Source: Phoronis australis (lineage: Eukaryota > Animalia > Phoronida). Taken from it: DNA of 64,000 nucleotides. This document shows positions 1 through 13,564 of the stretch, piece after piece. The notes under the pieces are model-generated. The model did no database searches. It had not been told where the DNA came from and was given only the letters and a program-made list of their open reading frames with translations. Location: NCBI GenBank assembly GCA_002633005.1, contig NMRA01000020.1, positions 621,522 to 685,521 of the forward strand, read 5' to 3'. How positions within the stretch are numbered: the first letter of the stretch is position 1; the number at the start of each line of letters is the position of its first letter. The position numbers and the translations under genes were made by a program.

Positions 1-309
1 CACATTAAGACATATTACGATACATGTTTTATCAAAGTAAAAGGACTAATTCAATTTTCGTTCTCAGACAGCTAAAGAGGGTGAAATGCAGCTTTACTTA
101 GGAAACATTGCTTGCCTTTATCTTTCTGCTATTAATTTCCAATGTGGTTGACCTACTGATATGTGAATTTTTGAATGTTTTAGTTGGCTAATTCGGGATT
201 TAGGAATTCATGATATCTCTATGTTCAGAGGGACCTTATCAGGAATTCTTCATGTTGGAGCCTCCATTAGTCACTATTTTACAGTATTCATTTTAGGTCC
301 ATGTAACAA

Positions 310-2586
310 TTTTTATGCGCCCACATATTAAATATTTATGGACGCATTACGTTATCTTGTCTGGTTGATCGGTTGTCAAGTTGTTCTGTATACATTTTAA
401 AAAGCCCCTGGTCGTGTCTTGATGAAATTTGGTGCAATAGTGTGGGGCATTGTGAGGTCGATGTATTCCACTTTTCAGTATGCCAGGAGGTTAGGCATTC
501 ATTGTTTTTGCGAGGAAATAATGTTTCTGGATGATGTCTAGAGAACCAATGTACAGTCTTCAGTGGAATTTGTTACAGAGGTGTGTGATTGCAATGCTCT
601 GGCCTTGCTTGATTTTCGAGCATATTCGACTACTGCAGCACATTGCATTGCCATTGATGTCATGACAAAAGTTTTTCTCAGTACTTCTGGGGAAGATTGT
701 TTCCAGACGATATCTAGAAAACGGTTTGACAGATATTTATGAATCTTGACTTGAGTTAAAGATGTGTGCGAGCACCTCTCCATATATTTTGGCAAATTCA
801 CCTGTTGCATCTCACCTTATTTTGGTGTCATTATGGGGCTGTGAGTATGGTAAAGTCTCACCAATTTTGGACAAAAATGATTTTAAAAATTGCTCTTTTT
901 TATTCTTCGAGGGCTTCTATGGTTATTTTGAAAAATTGTGGGCATTTGCATTTGCTGCTGGTAGCTGTGGTGCACAACTTAGTCATCATGGCAAAGCATC
1001 ATACTAGTATATGATTTATGAAAAAAAATGAGAGAATAAAATTTCACCTGTGCATTATATTGTATCCTAAATTGATGAGTTTTCTGTACTTTTGGGATAG
1101 AAAAGTGTTTCCGGATCATATCTATCTGGAGAACTAATTGACAGAGTCTAATGACAATTGACACAGAGGTATGTGATGACAAGGCGCCGACAACAGTTGA
1201 TTTTGGGCTTAATTGGAGTATTGCGGCATCTCATGGTGGCCATTTTGTCTCTGCGAGGGGCTCTTCCTGTATTTTTGTGATGGAAGGACATTTCTAGAGG
1301 ATATCTAAACAACCAATTGAAGGATTTCAATGAAACGTGACATAGAAATGTGCGACAGTGATGTGCCAGCATCTGTCAATTTACAAGTGGATTGGACTGC
1401 TGCAGCATCCCCTTTGGAGATGACGTCAACTACCAGTTTTGGACAGTCCCCATTGTGTCCTTTTTGTATATTGTTGTATCTGTCAAATCTCATGAATGTT
1501 CTTTATTAAAAGAAGTAGACTACACCTGCTCATTTTAGATTGCTAGTGTGTTCCATTGTGGCATTTTCATTTCTTTTTCAAAAATGTTGAAAGTTGCTCA
1601 TTTTTTAAAACTTTTTGATTTGATATTAGTTTAAATGGTAAGGTACCAACGTCGTCGTGTGTCAATTCTGACTATTGCAGTGATCGTCCAATTGGTGTCT
1701 CCTTGTACCTTTCATGAAGTTGATGAGCACCCCTAGAAACATACCGTTTGTGGTGTGCTATGGGCACATATCCACGGTTTGCAATGCTTTTGGTTAATAG
1801 GAGCTTTCTCACTTTAGTTTCCACCCGCAGCCATGTCTAAGACAAATTTTATCTAATTAGAGCTCAGCAACATTACCTAATAGCTTTAACTGTAGACTAT
1901 TCCTAAAACATTTTCAGACTGGTGAGTTTTGTAATAATTTGGACTTTTTCAAATGCAGTTAAGTGCTTACAGTTAAAGGTATATTGAGCACTGTTGAGAT
2001 AATAATGTAAATGTTTTTCATATTAGTTTGGCCTCTGTTTGTATTAAGTTCCTTTGCAAATTTTTATGTAATTTAACAAGCAGGGTTCTATTGATACAAG
2101 TTCTGCCTATTATGTGCCCCCTTTTGTCCATTTTAATTATTTTCGAGTTTATTTTTGTCATCGCCTTTCTGTCGGCCAAATCGCTCAAAGGATCTTCCTA
2201 CTGAAGAGAGCATGGCTCATGTTGATTTTTGTGGCACCCTATACGTCAATTTTTGTACTTCCTTTGATATCTACCAAGCTTCTTGATACCTCTTTGTGAC
2301 ATGTTTGAGGAAAACGTGACAGGTGTTGATTTTTGGACAGATCTGTACTGTGCTGCTCCCTTGTGACAAATTGTCGTTGTGATTGCCAGGTTCTCTACCA
2401 AGCTGTTCTCTGGATCTTAATGAAATCTCACCGATCTATTCATAATGAGGAGCGCGTAACCCATTTTGATTTTCAGATGAGTCTGACTACCGTGTAATTA
2501 TATGAAGAAACAGACACCCTTTAAATGTTATACCATTTGCGGAATGCACAGCGTGGGCGCATATCAACACTTTGCGTTGCTCTTGT
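310..2586 (+). mobile_element. Degenerate Helentron/DINE-like non-autonomous element(s) (HINE family)
   Basis: Starts TTTTTATGCGCCCACA; ends GTGGGCGCAT plus short hairpin plus CTCTTGT. Same termini as the 15426-16856 copy. May be two nested or adjacent copies. Confidence 0.55.
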
Positions 2587-3043
2587 ATTCTTCTTTGACT
2601 TTCCTCATTTTTTCCGTGGCCCTATCGCTTAGATGTGGTTGTGTGAACTTGTGTGCCCTTGTAAAATTGTGGTGTATCTTATTTCCTGGGTTCGAGGTCT
2701 TGCGGAAAGCTGTTTCTTAATTAACATCCAGAGTTAACATTTCAAATTCATTTAACTGTTATCAATTATTAAAAGTTTCTACCAAAATGGCTCATGGTAT
2801 CTGTCACCATGTAACCTTGACCCTGCTTCTGCGGCTACCTTCATTTGAAGCTTTCCATTAACCCAAAGTTTCCCAAGGTTTTTGTTCCTTGCCTGTGTAA
2901 GCGCACCTGGATGAATGCTGTTTTGTTTTTTCCCTCCTTCCTCTTTTCATCTCCATGTTGAAAGGAGATCGCATGAAGTGAAGTGTTCTGCATGACTGTC
3001 AGTTTGTATTCTCACCTTATTTTCTCTCCGCGTCCTTGTCTAG

Positions 3044-3169
3044 ACGGTAAGGCAGACATTGGGCATCAGGCTGTGGACAACGGACATAGGCCGACGCCAC
3101 CTGTTGAAACTATGAAAGTGCCACCGCTGCTACGCAAGGGCAGGCGTAAAAATTTGAGGGACCACATAG
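3044..3169 (+). CDS. GALNT1: GalNAc-transferase candidate stem-region exon E1 (126 nt, phase 1-1; DGKADIGHQ...RKGRRKNLRDHI)
   Basis: Pyrimidine tract plus TAG at 3041-3043, an open and GC-richer frame, and donor AG|GTACTA at 3170. The phase-1 end joins E2 in frame. The stem is not conserved, so assignment rests on splice signals only. Confidence 0.55.
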
Positions 3170-3869
3170 GTACTACTCCGCGGCCGACGGCTTAGTTGTT
3201 AGAGTTAATTGTTGTTGTGGCTTATATGTGTGTTGGTGTGTGTAATCACCTGTGTACGCAGACCTCGTTTGAATTTTGGTGGTGGTCTTTGGTGTCAAGT
3301 GTGAGTACCATAATTTTCTTTGTTAATTTCAACCCTAGTGTTGTGTCTCTCTCCTTGGTTAGCTCTGAGAATATTTACTTCAATTCTCAGCATACGGAAT
3401 GGCTGTTGTAGAAGTTCAAAGTTCTCAGACTAGGACATTTGTGACCAGAGCGATTAGTGTTTAATATCAGTTTCTCGACAATGTTTCTGTCTGTGCATAA
3501 CTTTCCAGGCCTTATCACCTAGTAGTTTGAAGTTTAAACTGCTGGCAAAGACCGACCCAAAATTGAGAAGGACGGATGAAAAATGTGAGATGGGTTGACG
3601 TTTTTACTTTGTGATGTCGTGTCGCGTTACTGAATATTATTGTTGTGTCGTAAGTCAAATGCTAAAATTGTATTCACTTTGCGATAGATGACTACTAAAT
3701 ATGTATGCCCGTATGAAAAACTAGAAAGGTGACTTTCTTGTAAAAATTAATTTAACTCCTGAAAATATGTGGTTTGGCGCTAATTCGACACGGTTGCTTA
3801 ATCTTGCTATTGATTCATTTCAAAAACGGGTATTCACTGTAACTGCTAATAATTCTAACAGTGGCCTAC

Positions 3870-3990
3870 TTTCACAGCTCCCTTCTTCCCATTTCACAGC
3901 TCCCTCCTTCCCATTTCACAGCTCCTTCCCATTTCACAGCTCCCTCCTTCCCATTTCTCACCCATCCTTCCCATTTTCTGGGTCTGTCCT
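3870..3990. repeat. Pyrimidine-rich tandem repeat (~21-25 bp unit TTCACAGCTCCCTCCTTCCCAT)
   Basis: About 5 imperfect copies visible. Confidence 0.85.
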
Positions 3991-5293
3991 TCCATTCAGC
4001 AGGTCCTTTCTTCTCATCGGCAAATGGAGCCTCACATTGGGTGATACATGAAGCCTGTTTTCATCACCACTCAACACTGATGTCTGTTGTTAAGTTAATG
4101 CTTTGTTGAACTGGATTATTATCATATATCCACTATATGATATAGGTATACATATTAAGTGACTCTATTTTCAATATTGATAGTTTTGGTATTACACGAC
4201 TGAGCTTCACTTTTCTGCTGGTATGTCGGTATTAAACATCCCTTTTGTCGAAGATGACATTTTTCTTTTTTTGTCAAAAAACAGACCCGAAGTGTTGGGG
4301 AATGTATCCTCATGGCTATTGTATCGCTTTTTATCTTCTGTGAGTGACTTGTTAATTAACTTACAAATGATTTGACTGGTGTCTGGTCAGGATCTAGCAT
4401 TTTTCTCACATTTTAATAAAACCTCAAGCTAGGTCGTGACAGAGTCTGTTTCTGTGTGATAAGGGTGCACCTGCCAGTCAAATTGTTAATGAAAATCTAA
4501 GGCCTTCTCTAGTTCAGCATTTAGAACCACTAGCATTGCTGCATTTGCTTCATAGTGCATTTTAAGCAAATTAAAGATAGGTCCCAAGCATGATTATTAA
4601 AAAAATTATGAGTTTTTAGATCATTAAAAACTATTGACAATTCATGAGCCTAATATAAATTTTAGGACCTAGACAGTAGAGTTAAGAAATTGCAAATTTT
4701 CAACACTAATCTGTTTTGGTGTGTGAAAACACTACTTCAGTAAAGTTCTGTCTTCCCTTTGACTGGTGGGGAAAATGAGGATGGATTTTGTCTGGTCCTT
4801 AGTACAAAAGTTAGACTTCATATTTTTGTCAAAGGTCTAGTATGCTGAAGAAGTTGGTATTTCAGGAAAACGTTTGTGAGCTTGGAGTATGTTATCTTGT
4901 TAGGACGTGAAACTGGTATTGCACACGTTGGTTTTGTTTTATGGGACAGTGTCACTCTTGTCGTACCATCAGCATTTCCTTTGTATTATTGTCACTAGAT
5001 TTTCTCATGCACCTATTAAAGAAATTATAAAGTAAATACTTATGTATAGGTATAGCAAATTTTAAGTCTGGTCAGCACACCGCTTGTGGCCACTGGTGGC
5101 GTGCAGACCAGACTTAAAAATGCAATATATATTTTCACAACCTTTAAGAATTACATATTTATACATACGTATATGTTTATATGTATATCTTGAAACAGAA
5201 AGGTTAAGTCAATCATTTATATAATTAAGTGAAGTCATAGTGCATTCCTACTGTAATTATTCCTTCTGAATTATTCCCGTTATCAATTCCTGT

Positions 5294-5710
5294 GGCCTGT
5301 TGCATGAAACGGTCCCTATTAGGGACTCAACTAAGTTCCCTAAATGTTTTACATGTTGGTTTCATTCATAGCTCGTACATGTAAGGTTTTACCTTTGTTA
5401 CAAGCTTCTCTTTCACTAATGACATTTTCAAAGAGTATATCTAAAAACTGACCCCTTAATTCAATCAAAACAAATAGGGACTTAATTCTTAAATTTGGGG
5501 CGTTGCATGAAAACATGCTTTCTTATTTTCAATACTACTGAGAATGCGACATAAGAGTTCACTCTAGATTTGTATCAAATCCAAAAATTGACCCAGTAAT
5601 GTTGCTCAAACAGTGAAAGGACAATCAATGTTTTCACAAGGCCACAAATATACTGTAGGTTTAGGGAACATGGTTGAGTCCTTATTTGGTACTGTTTCAT
5701 ACAACCGGGC
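5294..5710. mobile_element. MITE with ~35 bp imperfect TIRs
   Basis: GCCTGTTGCATGAAACGGTCCCTATTAGGGACTCAAC is the inverted match of GTTGAGTCCTTATTTGGTACTGTTTCATACAACCGGGC. Confidence 0.65.
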
Positions 5711-6858
5711 ACTGGTTTCCAAGCTCTGTGCTGCACACATTGACGTTTTTATTAAAGGGAAAAACAACCATTTTGATGTTAACTTATAAGTGGATTTATT
5801 GAAATCCCAGGGTGACTTGGAAAGATATTTTTTCTTTGCCAATGACTTTTTCCCTGGCCTTCTGCGACTTAACATGCAACAATTAATTATTGATTGCTAG
5901 TCATGCAGTCTATGTCAGTCATACTACTGAATTAAGACAGGATTCCAGTCCTTTTCTGAACCATTTGCATCTCTATTCTATTGTTGCGTGCATAGCCGTA
6001 GAGGGCCTGGTAGACATTAATAATGATGAAGAACACCTCTAAGATAACTAGTGATGCTTGTTTACCAGAAAGAAATTGTTGCTTGTCCCTTTAAAGATTA
6101 ATAATGCTGTGAGCCTGTGAGGAATACTATAATAGTTGTTAGCAACTTTAATCCCATCATCTCAGTGTGTGAATATAATGACAAGGACACAGAATGCATT
6201 ACAAAAACAAATAACATTTTTGTAGCACATCCCCAGCCTCTTGGGCTTATAAGTCACCTGATACACTTAAACATGTAAGTGGTTATACACAATACCTGCT
6301 ACTCTTGCAACAATCTAGTGCCCTAATCAAAAACGCCCCAAGAAATTCTGAATAATTTAGAAATAAGTGTAGAATGTGTAGGTGGGCTAACATTTGAATA
6401 TCATATTACAAGAGTGATCCTTGCATTCAGGATTAAAATTACGAGTAGACATTCGCCCTATTGTTTTTTGTGACATTTGGTTTCTGAACACCTACTGCTC
6501 ACATACAGGGTATTATAGTCAAGATAGTGAAATTTTCCCTAAACCTTGAGCAGGAGGCCCGTCAGTTATGCATGTTGGACACTGTTTGAATGATGATATG
6601 ATTTTTCTTGCCTTTGATATTTATGAATCGGTCGATGGCACGTCCTTGTTATAGGTTATTTAATATGCTGTTGATTGATTGGCTCGTGTTTCATTAACAA
6701 GATACATTTGTTGTCTGTTGTAGTCTTCTGCAATAACGATTTTCACTGACTGTCACTAATAGCTCAAGGAGGGTGCACTCTTGGCCTGCTCTGTAACTAG
6801 AATTGACACGTCACTGTGATTGTGACTGTCAACACCAGTTCTTGCAGTTTTCCACAAT

Positions 6859-7279
6859 CAGGGGTGAGAAACAACATGACTGCTGGACCCGAAACAGGAC
6901 CACCAGTCCTCCAAATTGGTCCGACTCTTCACAAAAGGGACCCAGGGGAATCGCGTAGGATTTATGGACCACTGTGTTGGTTTTAGAACAAAATGACTGC
7001 TCAGTTTGTCCAATTTGACTTTTTAGATTTTTGGGTAAAGTATTGTCATAACCGGCATCACACACACAAGAATAGACAACATTTTGTCAGGCAGTCATGT
7101 TCAGTCCCCAGCGGTTCTGTTTTGTGGTGGGGGGGGTCATGTTTTTAGGTGTATCGGTTCCATTTTCTGGTCTGTAAGTCCCATTTGATTCCCTAGGGCC
7201 TGTTTGTGGTGAGGCAGTCCAATTTTGAAGACTGGTGGTCCTGTTTTGGATCCCGAGGTTATGTTGTTTCTCACCCATG
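6859..7279. mobile_element. MITE with ~50 bp imperfect TIRs (CAGGG terminus, hAT-like)
   Basis: CAGGGGTGAGAAACAACAT...AAACAGGACCACCAGTC vs GACTGGTGGTCCTGTTT...ATGTTGTTTCTCACCCATG; TSD not recognisable. Confidence 0.7.
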
Positions 7280-8179
7280 ACTATTATTGGTTTAGTCTTA
7301 CCTGTCTATTGATCAATAGTACACACAGGTTTATAAATTATCAATTGTAATGATCTGGATCAGTTGGGTGAAATACAAATACTGTGTTACCAAGTGCTGT
7401 ACTAAGTGGCTTGATCTTTTAGACTTGAGAAAATTGTTGAGCCAGTGACAATATTGCATTGTATTGACATTTGTTTTATAGAAATTACTGCTTATGGTTA
7501 GAATCTTGTGTTAGATAGTGAGGTATAAAAGATCTGATAGTGCAGATTGAGAGGTTGTCTCTTTGTGGATCTCACTGGTTTTCATGGGAATGATTTAGTG
7601 TAGATAGCATGTACTGTAGACTGAAAGTAGACGGTAGATGGTTTTAGATGTCATGGTGGCTTTAATGTGGCATTGGTTGGTTTTGTAAGCAGATTGAACA
7701 AAAATTTATCGTAAAACTCAATAAAAATATGCACCATGGTATGACGTGCAGAATGCTTGTGTATTGGGAGACGCAATGTTTTTAAATCAATTTCAAGCAA
7801 ACACATGTTTATTTTTTGTTGTTTGAAGAATTGTTGAATAACAGCAGGTGTGGTATTGAATGAAGTTTGCTCAAAGCTGTGATAAGTAACTAAATTTTAT
7901 GTCACATAATATTGAGTTGAAATGTTGGCTTTTTGAACCTTTACTATCTGTGTCGTCATGGCATCAGTCAGTAGTTTTGTGGTGATGATCGAATGTTGTT
8001 AATAGAACTGTTATCCCTTGGATTATAGTTCCTTCCCTGGTTAATTGACAATTGAAGTATTTATAGTGCTGTAACTGTTCACTCTTTTTAATGACTAACA
8101 GTTGACATTTTTGTGCCAGAAACCTGGAGTGGTACTTGCGTTGGCTGCACTGTATCTCACCCAAGTGTTAGTCTCGCGG

Positions 8180-8455
8180 CATGCATGTGTGGTTGTGCCA
8201 TATATGTATGGTTGTGCCATGTATGTATGGTTGTGCCATGTATGTATGGTTGTGCCATGTATGTATGGTTGTGCCATACATGTGTGGTTGCGCCATGTAT
8301 GTATGGTTGTGCCATGTATGTATGGTTGTGCCATACATGTGTGGTTGTGCCATACATGTGTGGTTGTGCCATGTATGTATGGTTGTGCCATGTATGTATG
8401 GTTGTGCCATGTATGTATGGTTGTGCCGTACATGTGTGGTTGTGCCATGTATATG
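8180..8455. repeat. 19-bp minisatellite (CATGTATGTATGGTTGTGC), ~14 copies
   Basis: Direct tandem copies without spacers; explains the six overlapping repetitive ORFs. Confidence 0.95.
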
Positions 8456-8665
8456 CATCACAAAATGGACTATTGTTATCAGTGGTCAAAAAGCTCTTGT
8501 GGAGGGTAACAAATCTGAACCAGTGAACTCCACTGTCATGGTGGGCCTGGTGTCAAGTTAAGAGTCAAAACTGGCTGTACACACAAACTTTTAAGAAATG
8601 TTTCACTGCCATACTCAAACCAAAAGGAAAATTTTTAACGATAGTACTGTCCATGGCTTTTAATA

Positions 8666-9200
8666 TTTTTATGCTCCCACTTATTCATGGGTGCATGTTT
8701 CTGTCATATACCTAAACATCTGGCGTCCACTACTGTGTCCCCTCAATCCCTTACCACGATCTTAGTGAGATTTTGTAGATGTGCTCCCATGGAGCTGATG
8801 ACAGATGACGAAAAGTTTCGGACCTATCCGACTACAGCTGTGTCCCCTCACGGCAATTTCATTTTTTCCATTTCCTTCTTTATCTTGGACTTCCTTGACG
8901 GATTCTCATGAAATTTCGCAAAAGAGGTTTCTGCTAAAAAGACGTCGGATGGAGCTTATGTACTCTATGCCACCTAGTGGACAATTCGTTTTTGAGTCCA
9001 TCTCAAACGATCATTATAAAAATCGCCGTATGTTTTCCCGATGAGAAGACGACTAATGTTGGTTTTCGAACGAATCTGAGTACTGTGGTGACACTAGTGC
9101 ATCTGTAGGATCTTTGTGAAATTTGGCAAGTGAATTCTAATGAACTTGACAACAGGTACATACAGATCTGACTACCGTTGTGCTTCCTAGTGCCAGTTTT
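8666..9200 (+). mobile_element. Partial HINE/DINE-like copy
   Basis: TTTTATGCTCCCAC start; internal motifs (GAAATTT, CGACTAC, CCTAGTGG) shared with the 15426-15850 copy. Confidence 0.45.
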
Positions 9201-9510
9201 ATTTTGACAATTGCTTCTGTATCTTTTGAGTTTCTCGACTAATTTGCATGCTATGGGACAATAGATTTTCCCATTTTCTGACCAAGTTCAATGTATTCTG
9301 CACCATCCATATGATATTGATAAGCACCCATAGAAGCATACCATTTGCTGTGCAGCCGTGAGTACATTTCAGTGCTTTGCGTTTCTGTTGTTTTGCTCTT
9401 CACCAAGTCACACCTTGCATTCATAAATTTGGTATTGTTTGGTCTGTGCCACGAGAACATGTACTTTGTCTTTTACATCACACAGCCTCACTTCTCATAT
9501 GTTCTTACAG

Positions 9511-9682
9511 CCCTTCAGCCAAGGCGCGTGCCCAACGGCCCTGGAGAGATGGGCAGGGCAGTGGTGATCCCGCCAGACAAGAAGGCGTATTCTCAAGAGC
9601 AATTTAAGATCAACCAGTTCAACCTTGTAGCCAGTGAGATGATGTCACTGAACAGAAGCCTGCCGGACTACAGAATGGAGCA
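9511..9682 (+). CDS. GALNT1: GalNAc-T exon E2 (GPGEMGRAV...[24 protein letters not shown])
   Basis: ttacag acceptor, CA|GTGAGT donor; typical GPGEMG and NQFN..S..R.LPD.R motifs of GALNT1/13. Confidence 0.95.
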
Positions 9683-9833
9683 GTGAGTACAGCCGCTTAG
9701 ACTATAACATGCACATAGTGTCTGATTACATGGCAGATTCTCTCATCTTCTGTCTAAAAAATTTCCGTATATGTTCATCAATCAGTCCGCAGGTGAAGTA
9801 GGTGCGTATGATGCGTAGTCAGTGTCACGCATA

Positions 9834-11266
9834 CCGTATTCGCCGTAGTAACCGCCCATGCCCCTATAAGCGCCCCCCACGCGTTTTCAGACTTTGCTGA
9901 AATAAGCGCCCAGTCCATGAACGTGTACATGCGAACAATGACGTACCTTCAGTCCTAAAACTCGGCTACAGTAACGTCTTCAATTTATCAACAAAAAAAA
10001 TTTTCTACGGGTCTTCTAGACCACCAATGGCACTGCTACATTTGTATTTAGCCGTGACTATACACTTCAAAGTAACACAGCGCTTCAAAAAGAACGCAAC
10101 AGCGTTGCTACTTTCGCGACGACTGTGTCCCACTATGGTCTGACCTTTCAGTAGACACATCGACTGTTTAAATAACTCGGTGTTGAATGCACGTGGCCAG
10201 AAAGCGCGCGCTACATATATGAACCTAGCTGTCATCAAAGACATTAGTCGGGAACTATCCATTCATGAAACGGGTAGCATAGCATCCGTAAGAAATGAAT
10301 ATTGGCCCTAATTTCCGACAATTTCTAATACTATAAAACATGTTTGCGTTATTTTTTAAAGGGATTGTTTGATTAACCATAATTGATGTTTTTAAACCGA
10401 ATATCCGATAAAATGACAACTGACAGTGAATGCTTGCACACCCTTACACCGAAAAATAACTGTCAGATAGTTACGTACGCATCCAGCTACACGGCGACTA
10501 ATATGGGCGGCATAATATGGGCCTTACCGAAACAAATGTCGAACGTTTTTAGCACGAGACTGGCAAGTGCTGAATGAAACACGCTCTGGTTTAGGCTTAC
10601 TGCTTGTGCAAATTTCTTTAGACGCAATGCACATCTAGCTCGTTAGATCGCGTGGCTCTGGCCAAAAGACGGTCTCTGCTTTGGCAAATGAACTCTGGTT
10701 ACACGCACGCGCTCGCTTACTCGCAGACGAACTTCAAAACAAACGTCACGTGACAACAACATGTGTGTTCGTCCAGACATTTTTCTCGCCATGTTGCCGA
10801 TCATACATGTAGATGGCACGATGTTGCGCAGATTTGTACTTAAAACTGCCGTAAATCCAGACTCCACGGGAACTTAAAAAAAGTCTTAGGGACGCTATTT
10901 AGAAAACTTAATGAGGATTTCAGGTAATTTGCTTGAGTCGAACCTATTTTTATTGAAGCATTGAAGTCGCCATATCGAAGACGGCAATTTTGAGGCAGTC
11001 ATTCGGCGAGTTTTCGCCCTGGGATTTCAGCACAATTTTCTGTAAAATGATCGTAATTTAGCAGCAAAGTTTGATAACAATGCACCACAGTTTTGTTGGA
11101 AGTCTTTCATAGATTACAGATACGTCACAGAACGTAAATTTGATGAATCTTAGCTTCCGATTTCACCCGTTTCGGAGACCGGGTTTCAACCGCCTTGGGT
11201 TATAATAAGCGCCCCCCTGAACAAAACTTTTCTAAACGCCCTGGGCAGTTATTACGGCGAATACGG
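9834..11266. mobile_element. Non-autonomous Tc1/mariner/pogo-type DNA transposon (1433 bp)
   Basis: 25-bp TIRs CCGTATTCGCCGTA(G/A)TAAC(C/T)GCCCA, 23/25 identical, with TA on both flanks. CpG-rich interior; no transposase ORF. Confidence 0.9.
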
Positions 11267-12319
11267 TAAACGATGTGCAGCAGTGGCCGCATGGTATGCA
11301 GCAGTTGTTGCATGGTGTGCAAGACTTAAGTTAGTGCTGCATTGTTCACTGAGACTGACTTCCATCTTAATGGATAATTTTTGCCATGCCTGGACACTGT
11401 GCACAGTGTATGTGTTTAATTTTCACAGCTTTCTTTATGTGCACTTGCACATAGTCTCAGTGTGGCTATTTTGGAGGCGTATAATTAGTCATGTGACATG
11501 TCAACTGATTATGTGAAACTAGGTCTGGTTCCGTAGATTAGGGTAGAGGGCAGCACAGTGTACCACGTATAAATTGAGTACACAACGTTTAGCAAAATCA
11601 TGCGCGGCTAGCACTACGTAGTGAGACGGCTACATTCAAATGAACGCTATTTGTAGTTTGGGTTTGTGGTAATTGCACGATTCGTTTGTTAGAATGACAG
11701 ACATGCACATTTATTTTGCTGCTCAAATTTGCTAGTAGCATGAGCCATTTCAGTCGCCATCTTGTCGTGTATTTACTATGGGCCGAGTTTGTTGCTGGTT
11801 TTTTCAAGAATTTTTGTTGGCATGTGAATGGAATTTGTTGAAAACTTTTTTGTGTTTATTTAGTCATGAGGAGAGAGTCAGCTGGAAATAGTTGCTTTGA
11901 AATTTCACCAATATAAGATGAGACTTTGTTCACTTTTTTGAAAACAACTTCATTTTGTACTAAGTCTATGTCTTGAGACCTTTACTGGAATCCATATTCA
12001 GCATAATGTTAAAGTGTGCTTGGCTTTTTGGTGTTAAGAAAGGCTTACACTAATCTGAGAGGTATTTGAAGGTGCAATATATGAGGAGATATCGGACTTG
12101 AGGGGACTATTTAATTGTATGGATGGGAATATTTGGGCCTTGAGAATTTCTTGTGATGTTTAAGTGTTTTTCTAAGGGGAATGAAGTCGATACTTGGTCC
12201 CAAAAGTGAGGCCTTGAGGGCCCTGATATGTGCTGTCACCAGTATTTCTCTTAAAAGGGGAATAGTTGTTGGTAGATGTGTTATAAGTTTCAGACTCACA
12301 TTTGGACTTCCATTTTCAG

Positions 12320-12489
12320 GTGTAAGTCCAAAGAGTATAACGTTGAAGAGCTTCCCACAACCAGTGTTGTCATTGTGTTCCATAATGAGGCATGGACTAC
12401 GCTACTTCGCACTGTTTGGAGCATTATCACCCGATCACCACGCCACCTGTTGAAGGAGATTATTCTCGTGGATGATGCTAGTGAACGAG
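12320..12489 (+). CDS. GALNT1: GalNAc-T exon E3 ([22 protein letters not shown]...EIILVDDAS)
   Basis: ttttcag acceptor, G|GTAGGT donor; GT-A Rossmann motif; phase 2->1 consistent. Confidence 0.97.
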
Positions 12490-13023
12490 GTAGGTGACTG
12501 ATGGTGCTTCCACATTGGTGTAGATGACTGGAGTCCCTTAATTGGTGTAAAACTCAGTCTATTCATTCAGAAGAATGTTTAACTTTTCTCATGTGGATTT
12601 TAGTATACCTTAAAGTAATTAAAGTTTTCAAAAGGGACACAAGTAAACAGATGAGTCGGGTGGTTATAAGGGTCACGAAGGGTTGTCCAGGACCAGTTGT
12701 CATTTCTTAACCAAATTAAATGGTCCATACTAAAGATTAGCACTATTTTTTGTATGTAAAAAGGGTGATATGGAGACTGAACTGATTTGTGGCTGATGCT
12801 GGAGTCCTATGCATTTAAAGTCGAACAATAGGTCTGGAAATTGACTTGGAATTTAGTAATTTGATGCAGTTACACAGTTTTGTGTATGTCTTTTTGATGG
12901 ATTTGTCATGCCTTGGGAGATAAAGTGTAATGTTTTTGTACACAAATAAAGTGTAATATGATTGTGTAGTCGAAATTTGCTTCGTCACAACTGAACTCAT
13001 TGTCACGAACAGCGCCAATTATA

Positions 13024-13425
13024 AGTGAACCATGACATTGTGCTAGCTCCACCTATACGTGAACCATAACATGCTAGCACCATCTTTTGGTGAATCATAA
13101 CATGCTATTTGCCATCAATAGGTGAACCATGATGTTGTGGTAACAGCATCAGCAGGTGAACCATAACATCATGTTATCGCCATGTCATATGTGAACCATG
13201 TTATGCTAGCGCCATCTATATTTGAACCATAAACTTATACAACCGCCACCTGTAGGTGAACCATACCATTATGTTAGCACCATCTTTTGGTGAACAACAA
13301 CGTTATGCTGGCACTGTCTATAGGTGAACCATAATGTTATGCTAGCTCTATTTACATGTGAACCCCAACATTATGCCAGCACCATGTATAGGTGAACCAC
13401 AACATTATACTGGCACCATCTATAG
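13024..13425. repeat. Degenerate ~31-33 bp tandem repeat (GGTGAACCATAACATTATGCTAGCACCATCTATA-like), ~12 copies
   Basis: GTGAACCA recurs with ~32 bp period and highly diverged units; ends ~35 bp before the E4 acceptor. Confidence 0.85.
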
Positions 13426-13459
13426 CAGAACTCTTCAGGTATGTTTCATTTGTTTGTAG

Positions 13460-13564
13460 ATTTCCTGGGCAAGAGACTAGAGCAGTACGTGGCCACTCTG
13501 CCCGTATCAGTCAAGGTGATAAGGATGGGCAAAAGGAGTGGATTAATCAGGGCCAGGTTGACAG
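13460..13564 (+). CDS. GALNT1: GalNAc-T exon E4 (DFLGKRLEQY...RSGLIRARL)
   Basis: tttgtag acceptor, G|GTAAGT donor; conserved RxGLIRARL; phase 1->1. Confidence 0.96.

Noticed and set aside
8095-8561. Six overlapping His/Cys-rich repetitive ORFs; superficially CRISPR-like periodicity
   Set aside because: Translation of a 19-bp minisatellite with no unique spacers and no cas genes, inside a eukaryotic intron.
13024-13425. ~32-bp periodic array as CRISPR or coding repeat
   Set aside because: Units are contiguous degenerate copies of one another, with no repeat-spacer alternation and no ORF.
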